From assembly GCA_037445065.1 (NCBI GenBank), contig JBBILD010000011.1, forward strand, positions 64,001 to 128,000: a stretch of 64,000 nucleotides of DNA, in the 5' to 3' direction. How positions within the stretch are numbered: position 1 is the stretch's first letter; the number at the start of each line of letters is the position of its first letter. The notes under the pieces were generated by a model. It was not told where the DNA came from. It did not search any database and worked only from the letters and a program-made list of their open reading frames with translations. This document shows, one piece after another, positions 40,182 through 49,667 of the stretch. Source of the DNA: Myxococcales bacterium (GTDB lineage: Bacteria > Desulfobacterota > Binatia > HRBIN30). A program made the translations under genes and the position numbers.

Positions 40182-42434
40182 TCATTCGAGCACGACCTGA
40201 CCGCTGACGCCAGAGGCCTCGTACTCGGTGAATTGATCGTCCGCGAACGATGCTCTGCCGACCGACAGCGTAGCGGTGCCCTGCGCTTGGGCGCTGGTCG
40301 TGAAACGGCACTGAGCAATGCGACCTGCCGGGAAGGGGGTCAAATCCCCAGCCATCACCAGGCGCAGCTCACCCGGCTCTGGGTTCCGAGTTTGGATCTG
40401 GGTTTGGGGGCTGAGGGCTTCATCTTTCGTACACTCGACGAAAGTGAGCACGTTGCCGTCCTCGTAGCGCACGATCAAGGGCGCGAGGGTAACCAAGTTC
40501 CTACCTACTGGAGCCAACGAAATGTCCACGGTCACTTGGCCGCCCGAGGCAATCGCGTCCTGCAACGTCACGCCAGGCAGCCCCTCAACGAAACGCACAC
40601 TACCGTCTATTCCCGAGGCAGAGAAGTCGTTGAACTGGTCGTCAGCGAGCTCCGCCCGCTCGAACTCCAACGCTGCCGTGCCGGTGGCACTTGCCACGGC
40701 AGAGAAGGTGCACTCGACGATTGGGCCTTCGTTGAGGGGAACGAGGTCGCCGGCCAACACGAGTCGCACCGTATCTGCTGCCACCGGGCTCGCGGTCACT
40801 TCTTTGCCGCGGCTCACGCCTACCGAGCGCAAGCAACGCCGGAAGGTCAAGCGGGAAGAATCGAAGCGGAATTCGAGCGGAGCAACGGTAACGATCTGGC
40901 GGAAGTTGGGCACCAGCGAGATCGGTACGGTGACGTCGTTGCCTGGTGCGACACTGACCGCCCCCAACACGACTTGCGGCGGCGCCGGGCCAGAAATGGT
41001 GATCGTGCCGGAGCGGCCGGTTGCCGCGAATTCTCGCTCCGCGGCGTCCGCAAGCTGAGCTGAGACAAAAGCAACCGTGGTCTGTCCGCTGGCTGTCACC
41101 GCGATCCGGAACTGGCAGCGCAGGATTTCCCCGTCGGCGAACGGAACCAGGTCCCCAGCCAGGACCACGCGCAGCACCCCAGCCGACGGCGTGGCTGCGG
41201 CAGCAATCTTTCCTGCACTGACCGCTGGCGCCTTGTCGCAGCGTTCGAAACCGAGTTGGCTCGGGTCGTAACCGAGGATCAGGGGAGCCAGCGTGACGGT
41301 CGTGTTCCCGTTTTGTTGCAGGGAGATCGGCACAGTCACCACAGTACCCGCGGCGGCGGACACGTCGCCGACGGTGATCGCGGGCGGGGTCACTTCGGGC
41401 GTGGCCGTCGCCGTGGCGGTACTGGTGTGAGACGGTGTGCTGGAAGGAGTCGGGGTGGGTGTGACGGTCGGCACCTCGGTTTCGGTGGGGGTAGCCGTCT
41501 GAGTCGGGGTGTCGGTTGGCGTGGGGGAAACTTCCGGGGTGGCGGTCGGCGTATCGCTCGGGATCGGGGTGGCCGTCGGGGTGGCACTAGGAGGGGCAGT
41601 TGGAGTGGGGGAGAGCGTGCGGGTGAATGTCCGCGTGGGGCCGGGTTGCGTTGGCGTGTTGGTGGGCACCCGGGTGAAGGTGTAGGTCGGGGTTACAGTG
41701 GCCCCTTCCGTCGGTGTATGCGTGGGTGTGTTCGTGCGGGTGGGCGATTGTACCGGCGTGGCTGTGGCGATCGGAGCGATGAGTGCTGCTCGCACTGCCG
41801 CGTTCGCGCCAGCCTGGAGGAACGCATCATTGGCAGCGTCGGAGGCAGAACCACCGCTCACCGCACCGGGGATCTGGCGAATCACGCGATCGATCTCGAT
41901 CAGGTCTGGGGTCGCGTAGCTGCACAGGCGCGGGCCGGCAGTGGCAAGGACCAGCCGCACCATCGCTTCGCTGATCGGGTCCACGTCCACGGGAGAGCGA
42001 GTAGAGGTGACGAACGCGCGCAGTGGCCCCGCAACAACGAGAAAGCGGCACGTATCCTCGGTTGAGTTTGCCGGCAAGGGAAGCTCGTACTGGCCGAGCG
42101 AATTGGTACGAGTCTCGGCCATCACCGTCTCCACGCCATCCGGCCGCCGGAAAACGAGTTGCACGACATTTCCGGCCCCGACGGGTACGAAGGAGCCGGA
42201 AAGAGCCTGCGCACTCGAACCGGCGAGTTGGTACAGAAGTTCCCAACGGCTCCTCGCCAGTTGGCCATTTGGGCTACGCACCGTGCCGCTAACTTTGACG
42301 CCGGGCGGTGGAGGAGGGGGTGGCAAGGTAAACCCGACGCTTGAGTCGCCACCACAACCACCCAACCACGCGAGGCTCGCAATCACGATGGGCAAGGCCA
42401 GCCCGACTGATATTTTTCGCTCCCGTCTCACCAT
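40182..42434 (-). CDS. Lipoprotein: uncharacterised N-terminal domain + ~125-aa Thr/Pro linker + three cohesin-like repeats
   Basis: Lipobox LGGC; repeats VTVPISL...YD...[16 protein letters not shown]...G.I/V; ATG at 42434. Confidence 0.8.
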   Translation of the reverse strand: MVRRERKISVGLALPIVIASLAWLGGCGGDSSVGFTLPPPPPPPGVKVSGTVRSPNGQLARSRWELLYQLAGSSAQALSGSFVPVGAGNVVQLVFRRPDGVETVMAETRTNSLGQYELPLPANSTEDTCRFLVVAGPLRAFVTSTRSPVDVDPISEAMVRLVLATAGPRLCSYATPDLIEIDRVIRQIPGAVSGGSASDAANDAFLQAGANAAVRAALIAPIATATPVQSPTRTNTPTHTPTEGATVTPTYTFTRVPTNTPTQPGPTRTFTRTLSPTPTAPPSATPTATPIPSDTPTATPEVSPTPTDTPTQTATPTETEVPTVTPTPTPSSTPSHTSTATATATPEVTPPAITVGDVSAAAGTVVTVPISLQQNGNTTVTLAPLILGYDPSQLGFERCDKAPAVSAGKIAAAATPSAGVLRVVLAGDLVPFADGEILRCQFRIAVTASGQTTVAFVSAQLADAAEREFAATGRSGTITISGPAPPQVVLGAVSVAPGNDVTVPISLVPNFRQIVTVAPLEFRFDSSRLTFRRCLRSVGVSRGKEVTASPVAADTVRLVLAGDLVPLNEGPIVECTFSAVASATGTAALEFERAELADDQFNDFSASGIDGSVRFVEGLPGVTLQDAIASGGQVTVDISLAPVGRNLVTLAPLIVRYEDGNVLTFVECTKDEALSPQTQIQTRNPEPGELRLVMAGDLTPFPAGRIAQCRFTTSAQAQGTATLSVGRASFADDQFTEYEASGVSGQVVLE
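40185..41378 (-). repeat. Three tandem ~130-aa cohesin-like protein repeats
   Basis: Repeats at about 41378-40992, 40973-40587 and 40571-40185 share VT[LV]APL, LRxV[LM]AGDL.P, two Cys and LAD/ADD..F..SG..G. Confidence 0.8.
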
Positions 42435-42641
42435 TCGATCCCCTCGGAAAATTGGCCGTTGGTACCCTCCCTGCGGTTCCATCGAGCGACAAACTGCTCA
42501 GCGCGCAGGCGCCAACGTGGCTACCACCCTGTCATGCCTTTCGTCAACCAGAAATCATCCCTCGAGCTATCGAACGAACTGCAAAGCTCGCTTTTCGCAA
42601 CAGCCGCCCATGGGAAGGCAGAAAGGACATTTTTCCCCGGC

Positions 42642-43175
42642 CTATTTACGGTTGCGGTGCCGCTGGGGGATGGGGGACGGCGCGAAAGTGGCCTCCTGGA
42701 CTTGAGATGCAAGTCTACGGTCAAAGATGGCAAGCCACCGCTTGGCTGGCTCACTGACCAATTTGGTTGAGGGCCACAACCAGGACGGTTTCTCACCGGA
42801 AATCGGCGGTGGTCCGAAACGCCGCTCGAGCGCCGCTTGCATCTCGTGAGCAGGGAGATCGTTCGCGTACACCAAGATCATCCATAAGCGGCCGTTCCAA
42901 AAGCGGAACTCCAGATCCACAGGACCAGGCAGGATATTGTCGTTCGCCTTCCACACAACGAACCGCCGGCCGCGTCCATCGCCCTTCGCGTCTGGCAGGG
43001 GTGGGAGTTCTTGGCTTCCAGGATACGCCTGGCGGAACTCTTCTAGACTCATACCGAGCTGTGCTTGGGCCCAACCAGTGGGTGCAGGTGTCTGCTGGGG
43101 GTCGGAATCCGCGAACGCTGGGCACGAACACAGCCACACTGCGGCGATGAACGAGAAAACTCGGCGACTGGGCAT
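42642..43175 (-). CDS. Secreted hypothetical protein
   Basis: Signal peptide (PAFA-D); GWAQAQLGMSLEEFRQAYP...FRFWNGRLWMI...LERRFGPP. Confidence 0.7.
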   Translation of the reverse strand: MPSRRVFSFIAAVWLCSCPAFADSDPQQTPAPTGWAQAQLGMSLEEFRQAYPGSQELPPLPDAKGDGRGRRFVVWKANDNILPGPVDLEFRFWNGRLWMILVYANDLPAHEMQAALERRFGPPPISGEKPSWLWPSTKLVSEPAKRWLAIFDRRLASQVQEATFAPSPIPQRHRNRK

Positions 43176-43226
43176 GCCGCCGAAGCAACCAAAGGAGCCA
43201 AGGATTGTCGAGGGCACCGCGGGCTT

Positions 43227-43580
43227 TTAGCCGCCGAGGGAGAGAGCGAACCAGGCGAACTTCGCGGACCAGGGAAGGAAGGACAGGAACAAATGGATGC
43301 CGGCAACGAACAACAAGGCGAGAGGAACGGACGCGTGCTGCTGGTAGCGGTGCAGCAGCAGGATGAAAGCGCAGGCGCATGCCTTGAACAGCAAGAGGCT
43401 GTTCATCACTCCCAACTGCTCGAACGAGGCGACCAGCAGAGGGTTTGCCTCCCGCCACCCGAGCCGCAGCCCTTGGTAGGTAGCCACGCCGTCGAACAAC
43501 TGTAAGGCGATGTTGAGGGCAAAGAGGTCCTGCACGTGTCTTTCCCCGAGCTTCGGCAGTGGGCCGGTCAGAGCCGTCAT
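43227..43580 (-). CDS. Small membrane protein (DUF5658-like)
   Basis: LQLFDGVATY.GL..G..EANPLL...LFK; ATGA overlap with the upstream CoA-transferase. Confidence 0.75.
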   Translation of the reverse strand: MTALTGPLPKLGERHVQDLFALNIALQLFDGVATYQGLRLGWREANPLLVASFEQLGVMNSLLLFKACACAFILLLHRYQQHASVPLALLFVAGIHLFLSFLPWSAKFAWFALSLGG

Positions 43581-44812
43581 GTCAGCACCCCGGCCTCTTT
43601 GAGTTGAGCGATGCGCTCGGGCGGATAACCGAGAATTTCTCGCAGCACCCGTTCGGTGTGCTCCCCCAAACACGGTGCCGGCCGCGACACCTGGCAAGGC
43701 GTTTCGCTCATCCTCCAAGGGATGCCAAGGTGCAGCTTGCGACCCACCTCGGGGTGGTCGAGTTCCACGAAAAAGCCGGACTCCCGCAAGTGGCGGTCCT
43801 GCGCGATGTCCCGACTGTCGTAACACGGGAAGCATGGGATTCCGGCTGCCTGGAGCTGTTCTGTGACCTCGCGCGGCGAGCGTTGGCGGGTCCAGGATTC
43901 CAGCACGGCTTCGATCTCGTCCTCGTTAGCTTTACGCCCGGCTACGGTCGCGAACTTAGGGTCGTGAGCGAGGTCCTCCCGCCCCATCGCCTGCGCCAGT
44001 GCTTTCCATTCCACGTCATTGCGCACGGCAATGGCAACCCAGCGTTGTTCTCCTGCGCAGCGGAAAATTCCGTGCGGAGCCATGCTTGGGTCGCGGTTGC
44101 CGCTACGTTCGGGTTGGGTCTGCTTCCAACCGTATTGGATGACTGCCTCGGGGATGACTGCAATCGTGGTTTCCCACTGCGATAGATCGATAAACTGGCC
44201 TTCGCCGGTTCGCTCGCGGTGCCAGAGAGCCGCGAGCACCGCCACCGCTGCGTGCAGGCCGGCGGTGGGATCTCCGTAAGAGATCCCCACGTGCATAGGC
44301 GGGGAGCCGCGGTAACCGGTCAGAGAAGAAAGGCCGGAAAGCGGAACCTGCGCGGGCCCATACGACACGTATTCGCGCTCGGGACCTGTACAGCCGTACC
44401 CGGACATGGAAATCATCACGATGTCCGGTCGGACTTTGCGCAACTCTTCGTAACCGAGGCCGAGCCGCTCCATGACTCCGAACGCGAAGTTTTCGCAAAC
44501 CACGTCCGAAACTCGCACGAGATCTTTCGCGACGGTGACGGCTTCCGGGTGCTTTAGGTTGAGCGCTAAGCTGAGCTTGCCTTGGTTGTACTGGTTGAAG
44601 TACCCGCTTCGGTTGAGTCCGGGCTGTCCCTCAGGCCACGGTGGCAGTAGGCGGGTCACGCACGGATGTTGCGCCGATTCGACCCGGATGACCTCGGCAC
44701 CCAAGTGGGCGAGCTGCAAGGTACAAAACGGGCCCGCCCACACCCACGTGAAGTCTGCCACGCGGATGCCACCGAGTGGCCGCTCGTCCAGGTTCGCACG
44801 CGTCTCATCCAT
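43577..44812 (-). CDS. Family III CoA-transferase, putative catalytic subunit
   Basis: PLGGIRVADFTWVWAGP, YNQGKLS, SYGDPTAG (Asp retained). Confidence 0.92.
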   Translation of the reverse strand: MDETRANLDERPLGGIRVADFTWVWAGPFCTLQLAHLGAEVIRVESAQHPCVTRLLPPWPEGQPGLNRSGYFNQYNQGKLSLALNLKHPEAVTVAKDLVRVSDVVCENFAFGVMERLGLGYEELRKVRPDIVMISMSGYGCTGPEREYVSYGPAQVPLSGLSSLTGYRGSPPMHVGISYGDPTAGLHAAVAVLAALWHRERTGEGQFIDLSQWETTIAVIPEAVIQYGWKQTQPERSGNRDPSMAPHGIFRCAGEQRWVAIAVRNDVEWKALAQAMGREDLAHDPKFATVAGRKANEDEIEAVLESWTRQRSPREVTEQLQAAGIPCFPCYDSRDIAQDRHLRESGFFVELDHPEVGRKLHLGIPWRMSETPCQVSRPAPCLGEHTERVLREILGYPPERIAQLKEAGVLT

Positions 44813-45977
44813 GGTTCGATCTTATCTCGGCAAAAACCTCGGCGTTATGCTCGCCCAGGCGAGGTGCTGGCCGGCGCAACTCCCAGCCCCCTTTTTGGAA
44901 ACGGTACGGCGCGCCTGGAATAATGGCCGCTTTGCACGACGGCTGGTGGAGGACAGCGAAAAATCCGCGCGTTTGCAGGTGCTCCGAGCGGAACAAGTCG
45001 CCCATGGTGGAGACCGGGGCCAGCGGGATCCGACGTGCCTGCCCCGCGCGGTACAATTCCTCGACCGACTGGGTTTGCGTCCACTCCGAAAGGAGCAGCT
45101 TGAGGGCGTCCCAGTTTTGGGCTCTGGCGATCCGATTGGAAAAGATTTCGAGCGCAGCCCAGTCGGGGTTCCCCATCAGCTCCACCAGCCGCTGCCACTG
45201 GTGCTCCTCCACACAACAGACAAAAATCCAACCATCGCGGCAGGGGAGAAAGTCGAGCGGCTGGATCGGTTTTTGGCCCAGGCGGGAGGCAATCAATCCC
45301 ATGTACGGGTAGTATTCGAAAGTGAGTTCCAAGATGGAAGCGACGCACTCCTGCATGGACACAGCGACGTGCTGTCCGCAGCCCTTGCGCCTGCGTGCAA
45401 ACAAGGCTCCCAAGGCCGCTACGGCTGCGTTCAATCCGGCTTGGAATTCGGCTTGGTTGCCGAAGGGCTTCAATGGCGGCAGGTCATCGCTGCCGGGACC
45501 GGCACCGTTCAGGTACGCCAATCCTCCTGCAGCCCAGGCCACCAGGTCTGTCGCCTGGTAGTGTGCATAAGGCCCTTGCAAGCCAAATGGAGTAATGGAC
45601 ACGAGGATCAAGCGCGGGTTTCCTTTGCGCAAGTCTGGCCAGGACAGGCCGCACCCTTCCATGAGAGACGGGTGAATGTTGTGCACGAGCAGGTCCGCGC
45701 CCTGAGCCAGCTCGTGCAGCCGCTCCTGGCCGGAAGCAGAGCGCAAGTCGAGAACCACACCGCGTTTGTTCGCGTTGAGATAAAGGAACAAGCCGCTTTG
45801 CTCCGGGTTGCATGCCTCGCCCGGGAATGGCCCGCGCCAGCGACACGGGTCACCTTCGGGAGGCTCGACTTTGATCACATCTGCCCCCAGGTCGGCGAGG
45901 AGCTTTGTTGCATAGGCCGCAGCGACCAGCGAACCACACTCCACGACGCGCAGGCCACTCAATGCGCCGCCAGCCAT
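44805..45977 (-). CDS. Family III CoA-transferase, partner subunit
   Basis: ALSGLRVVE, LYLNANKRG, SITPFG; the catalytic position reads NQAEFQAG; overlaps the next gene. Confidence 0.9.
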   Translation of the reverse strand: MAGGALSGLRVVECGSLVAAAYATKLLADLGADVIKVEPPEGDPCRWRGPFPGEACNPEQSGLFLYLNANKRGVVLDLRSASGQERLHELAQGADLLVHNIHPSLMEGCGLSWPDLRKGNPRLILVSITPFGLQGPYAHYQATDLVAWAAGGLAYLNGAGPGSDDLPPLKPFGNQAEFQAGLNAAVAALGALFARRRKGCGQHVAVSMQECVASILELTFEYYPYMGLIASRLGQKPIQPLDFLPCRDGWIFVCCVEEHQWQRLVELMGNPDWAALEIFSNRIARAQNWDALKLLLSEWTQTQSVEELYRAGQARRIPLAPVSTMGDLFRSEHLQTRGFFAVLHQPSCKAAIIPGAPYRFQKGGWELRRPAPRLGEHNAEVFAEIRSNHG

Positions 45978-46017
45978 AGCGCCCGCGGTTAGCACAGGGC
46001 GCTCGGGATCGCTAGCA

Positions 46018-46033
46018 ACGATGCCGGCATCGT
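46018..46033. promoter_or_regulatory. Perfect 16-bp palindrome in a divergent promoter region
   Basis: ACGATGCCGGCATCGT, 8 bp upstream of a TTGACA at 46042. Confidence 0.45.
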
Positions 46034-46103
46034 ATTGGCGCTTGACAATCGGCGCGGCAGCGAGTCAGTTAAGCGGGCGACGAATACGCGGAAAGGAAGC
46101 TAC

Positions 46104-46865
46104 ATGAACGTGGGTTGCAGCAGGCGAGGGGTTGGCTGCGCGGGTCTGGCGCGACGGGTGTTTACCTGTCTGGTGGGATACTCGATCGGCGCGGCGCTGA
46201 TCGCAGGCTGTGGGAGCGATGGATCCTCCGCGGTAACCGTGATTCGAGTCCCGACCCCGGGCGCCGGCGTGATCACTGGGATCGTGCAAGCTCCGAACGG
46301 TGTGATTGCTGCTCCCCGCATTTGGGAACCGAGGTTTGCTTGGAGTTTGTGGTCGAGCATGGCCGAAGCGCTGCAGGGAGTGCGGCCGGTTGGCGCAGGA
46401 GTGAGCGTGTCGCTCAGCATGTTGGACAGTGCCGATTTTGCCGACGGCACCATTGACGCCGCACTCCCGCTGGTCGTAGACGTCGTGACCGAGGCGGACG
46501 GCCGTTACACGATCATGGATCCGGCCGCGGATGACGTAACTTCTTGCCGCAAGATGGTCACTGCTGGCACGGGCACGGCCGTGATGCGTTCTTTTGTGTA
46601 CGGGCGGGAGATTCCGATTGACTCGTCGAGCGAGGCGCTGGTGCGGGTGGTGCTGGATTACGTCGCTGGCTCGACCTCACAACTCTGTGACTTCGACACG
46701 GCGGAATTGGTGCGCTTGCAGCGGAAGGTGGCCGATGTTGTGTTTGCGGCGCGCGGCAATTCTGTGGAAGAGTTGAACCAACGCGCTTACGATCTCGCCC
46801 GCACGAATCGCTCCTTGCGTGCGGCGCTGGAAGAGGCGGCGCACACGTCCTCCGAAACGAACTGA
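46104..46865 (+). CDS. Hypothetical lipoprotein, paralogous to the N-terminal domain of the cohesin-repeat lipoprotein
   Basis: Lipobox IAGC; G.V.[AS]PNG, PVGAG, CR, SEA[LM]VR.VL, LC, RAAL shared with 40182..42434; AAGGA RBS. Confidence 0.75.
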   Translation: MNVGCSRRGVGCAGLARRVFTCLVGYSIGAALIAGCGSDGSSAVTVIRVPTPGAGVITGIVQAPNGVIAAPRIWEPRFAWSLWSSMAEALQGVRPVGAGVSVSLSMLDSADFADGTIDAALPLVVDVVTEADGRYTIMDPAADDVTSCRKMVTAGTGTAVMRSFVYGREIPIDSSSEALVRVVLDYVAGSTSQLCDFDTAELVRLQRKVADVVFAARGNSVEELNQRAYDLARTNRSLRAALEEAAHTSSETN

Positions 46866-46932
46866 GTGTTCCAGCGTCGTACGGCGGAAGGCCCCGGGTA
46901 GGGCACCTGTCGCCCCGCGGCTTCGGCGTTCC

Positions 46933-47205
46933 TTAGGCTTGCAGTTGCAAGCGAGAGCGAAGGTCCGCCGGCAGAACGCTGAGAAGCTCACCCACTTCTT
47001 GCGGTTCCGGCTTGAAGTGCCAGGCCGCCATGAAATCGGTGTGCGAGAACTCACTCCCTGGCCAGCGGGCAAACACGACCCATTTGTCCGTTTCACGGCG
47101 CAAAAGATGCACTTCTTGCTTGTCCGTGACCCCGATGGCTGCCCGTTCGCTCGGGGTCATCGCGAAGAGCACGTAGTCACTGAACTTGGTCGTGACAAAG
47201 AACAT
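46933..47205 (-). CDS. Small hypothetical protein
   Basis: 90-aa ORF with a strong AGGAGG RBS, 12 bp downstream of a co-directional gene. Confidence 0.65.
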   Translation of the reverse strand: MFFVTTKFSDYVLFAMTPSERAAIGVTDKQEVHLLRRETDKWVVFARWPGSEFSHTDFMAAWHFKPEPQEVGELLSVLPADLRSRLQLQA

Positions 47206-47217
47206 GACCGCCTCCTC

Positions 47218-47937
47218 CTAACGCGAGAGGTTCGGGCACACACCTAAGGCCCCGTGTCGCACGGCAGCCGAGTAGCTCAGGATCTGCATTCCGTTTTCGC
47301 TGAAGCCGCCCACGTTGAGGATGCCGCGGTCCACGGTCCGCGAACTGGACCAGTCCCATTGCGCGGAAAGTAAGCGTTCCTTGCGCAACAGCCAAAACAC
47401 CAAAAGATCGTACACGATTTCTACGGCACGCCGGCGCCGCACGCTCCACCCGTCTTGCGTCCACGGCGAGGCCCACTCATCTAAGACCTTCGTTTGCTCA
47501 TCGTAGGTGCGGTTGAATGTGCGAGACAGGGGCTTGCGGGTCACCACCGCCCATCCCACGGTGGGCGTTTCGGTTCGCGCCAACGGTTCGAGTAGGATCC
47601 CCCATTCTTCTTTGAGCTGGTAACCAACTTTTTCTAGAAAGCGCCGATCGAACGCTTGTGGATAACGTTCGATCATGGCGGCAATGGTGAGAGGTTTGCC
47701 GTCCATCTGGCGAATACGCGGCACCAAGAGCATGTCACCACGGGCGATGGCGTCGAGCGGCTTCGGCAGGTCCCCGCCTTTTTCGGCTGCCTTTTGCGCA
47801 AGCCGGAATTCCTCGCTGGAAAACGGTAAATCTTGCGGTATCTCGGCGGCGCCTGGAAACACGCTCTGGAGTTCTTCGGGGGCAATGAACTGCTCGCCGA
47901 GGACAAGGCGCAATGATTCCAGCCGAGTGAATTTCAT
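47218..47937 (-). CDS. Hypothetical protein, possible C-type-lectin/FGE-like fold
   Basis: 239-aa protein-like ORF; C-terminus ERLL..WDWSSS...NVGGFSENG...LGVCP. Confidence 0.7.
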   Translation of the reverse strand: MKFTRLESLRLVLGEQFIAPEELQSVFPGAAEIPQDLPFSSEEFRLAQKAAEKGGDLPKPLDAIARGDMLLVPRIRQMDGKPLTIAAMIERYPQAFDRRFLEKVGYQLKEEWGILLEPLARTETPTVGWAVVTRKPLSRTFNRTYDEQTKVLDEWASPWTQDGWSVRRRRAVEIVYDLLVFWLLRKERLLSAQWDWSSSRTVDRGILNVGGFSENGMQILSYSAAVRHGALGVCPNLSR

Positions 47938-47988
47938 TGGCGCCGTATAGCAAAGTGCGGTTACGGCTCAACCAAAGGGGGACTCGCC

Positions 47989-49188
47989 TTGCTTGCGGTG
48001 CCACCCGGGTCGTATAAACCGCCTGCTTTGTGGGCGGAGCGAAAAGATCTCGAGCAATGGGAGGATCGCTGGCTTGCGCCGTGGGCAGTGCGTACCGCGG
48101 CCTCGCGCGGTCGGCAGGTCCTGGAACAGGAGCACGCGTTTCGCCTCGCATTTCAGCGCGATCGCGATCGGATCATTCACTCCACTGCCTTTCGCAGGTT
48201 GGAGTACAAGACGCAGGTGTTCGTCAACCACGAGGGCGATTACTACCGGACGCGCCTTACCCACACGATGGAAGCAGCGCAGATTGCTCGCACCTTGGCG
48301 CAGGCGCTGCGCTTGAATCAGGACTTGGCTGAGGCCATCGCCCTCGCTCACGACTTAGGCCATACGCCCTTCGGCCATGCTGGTGAGCGGGTGCTGCATG
48401 AATTGATGAAACCGTACGGGGGCTTCGAGCACAACGCGCAGAGTTTGCGCATCGTGGAATTGCTCGAAGAGCGCTACCCGCAGTTTCGCGGTCTCAATCT
48501 CACGTGGGAGGTCCGAGAGGGGATTGTCAAGCACTCGCTTCCGTACGACAAGCCGCTGGCCGAGCGGTTCGACCCCGGTCAGGCCCCGTCGCTGGAGGCG
48601 CAGTTGGTAGATTACGCCGACGAGATCGCGTACAACACCCACGATATTGATGACGGGCTCAAGTCCGGCTTGCTTTCGCCAGAGCAACTCCATGAGGTCG
48701 CCCTGTGGCGCGAGGTGTTCGACGAGGTGCGCCGAGAACATCCTGCGGCGGGTTTCCGCATCTGGCGGTATCAGGCCCAGCGGCGGCTGATTGATCTTCT
48801 AGTTACAGATCTCATCGCGGCCGTGAGCCGCCGGATCGAGGAGGAGAGAATCACCTCGCTCGAGGACGTGCGCGACTACAAGAAACCCTTAGTTGCCTTC
48901 AGTGTGGAGCTGGAGGAGCGCCGCCAGCAGCTCAAGCGCTTTCTGATGGACAATTTGTACCGGCATTACTTGGTCAACCGCATGATGGTCAAAGCCCAGC
49001 GGGTTGTCGCGGAACTGTTTCACGCATACCGCAGCGAGCCCGGGCTTCTGCCGCCGCACATTTTGCGGCGGCGAGAGGAAGAGGGGGAAACCCTGGAGCG
49101 AATCGTGTGCGACTACATCGCAGGGATGACCGACCGCTTTGCGCTGCAAGAACATCGCAAATTGTTCGACCCTCAAGAACGCGTCTGA
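47989..49188 (+). CDS. dgt: dGTP triphosphohydrolase (HD superfamily)
   Basis: FQRDRDRIIHSTAFRRLEYKTQVF, RTRLTH, AHDLGHTPFGHAGE, DYIAGMTDRFA; exact start uncertain. Confidence 0.95.
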   Translation: MLAVPPGSYKPPALWAERKDLEQWEDRWLAPWAVRTAASRGRQVLEQEHAFRLAFQRDRDRIIHSTAFRRLEYKTQVFVNHEGDYYRTRLTHTMEAAQIARTLAQALRLNQDLAEAIALAHDLGHTPFGHAGERVLHELMKPYGGFEHNAQSLRIVELLEERYPQFRGLNLTWEVREGIVKHSLPYDKPLAERFDPGQAPSLEAQLVDYADEIAYNTHDIDDGLKSGLLSPEQLHEVALWREVFDEVRREHPAAGFRIWRYQAQRRLIDLLVTDLIAAVSRRIEEERITSLEDVRDYKKPLVAFSVELEERRQQLKRFLMDNLYRHYLVNRMMVKAQRVVAELFHAYRSEPGLLPPHILRRREEEGETLERIVCDYIAGMTDRFALQEHRKLFDPQERV

Positions 49189-49265
49189 GCAAACCGGGGC
49201 GCGTAGCCTACAGCAACGGCGACTCCGCCCCGGCGAATGCTTCGCTGGGGCAGGCTGGAACAGCG

Positions 49266-49667
49266 TCACTGCGCATCCAACAGTCGCGCCTCGCCACGGG
49301 CGTTGTAATTGACCAGGGGTCGCTCGTCGTTCGCACTGAGGATGGCAACGATTCCCTCGTGCACGTTGTGAGACCACAGTTGCTGCCACTCGTTGGCCAG
49401 TTTGAGGCGATCGAGTCGCGGCACCTTCCGCCATGCTTCCGGATCCACGGCGATTAGGAGAATTCTTCCTTGGCGGCGGACCGAACGGACACCCACCACT
49501 TGGCGTAACTGGGGATCAGCCTGCAGCCGGGCGACGATCTCTTCGGGAGAAATCCAGTGGCCGGGTGCCTGACGGGCGGGGAGGCCCAGCAGCAGAACGA
49601 AAGCGAGCAGCAGCCAACCCGCGGCCTGGCCTCCGATGCGGGCCGCGGGCTGGCGCTTAAGCCTCAC
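49266..49667 (-). CDS. Small exported hypothetical protein
   Basis: GTG start overlapping the upstream stop (GTGA); hydrophobic WLLLAFVLLLG then HWISPEEIVARL. Confidence 0.6.
   Translation of the reverse strand: MRLKRQPAARIGGQAAGWLLLAFVLLLGLPARQAPGHWISPEEIVARLQADPQLRQVVGVRSVRRQGRILLIAVDPEAWRKVPRLDRLKLANEWQQLWSHNVHEGIVAILSANDERPLVNYNARGEARLLDAQ

Noticed and set aside
41385..41770. Repetitive GGTGTG/GGCGT-rich DNA suggesting a tandem repeat or CRISPR
   Set aside because: Encodes a Thr/Pro linker with varied codons; no fixed repeat-spacer periodicity.
44472..45992. 506-aa plus-strand ORF (also 62350..63651 on the minus strand)
   Set aside because: Antisense shadows of a CoA-transferase and an acyl-CoA dehydrogenase.
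46025..46039. GG-N10-GC as a sigma54 promoter for the lipoprotein
   Set aside because: The flanks (CGGCA...TTGGC) deviate from TGGCAC...TTGC, and the match is largely a by-product of the palindrome.
47989..49188. dGTPase as an anti-phage defence gene
   Set aside because: Looks like the ordinary short housekeeping Dgt; no defence-island or mobile context.
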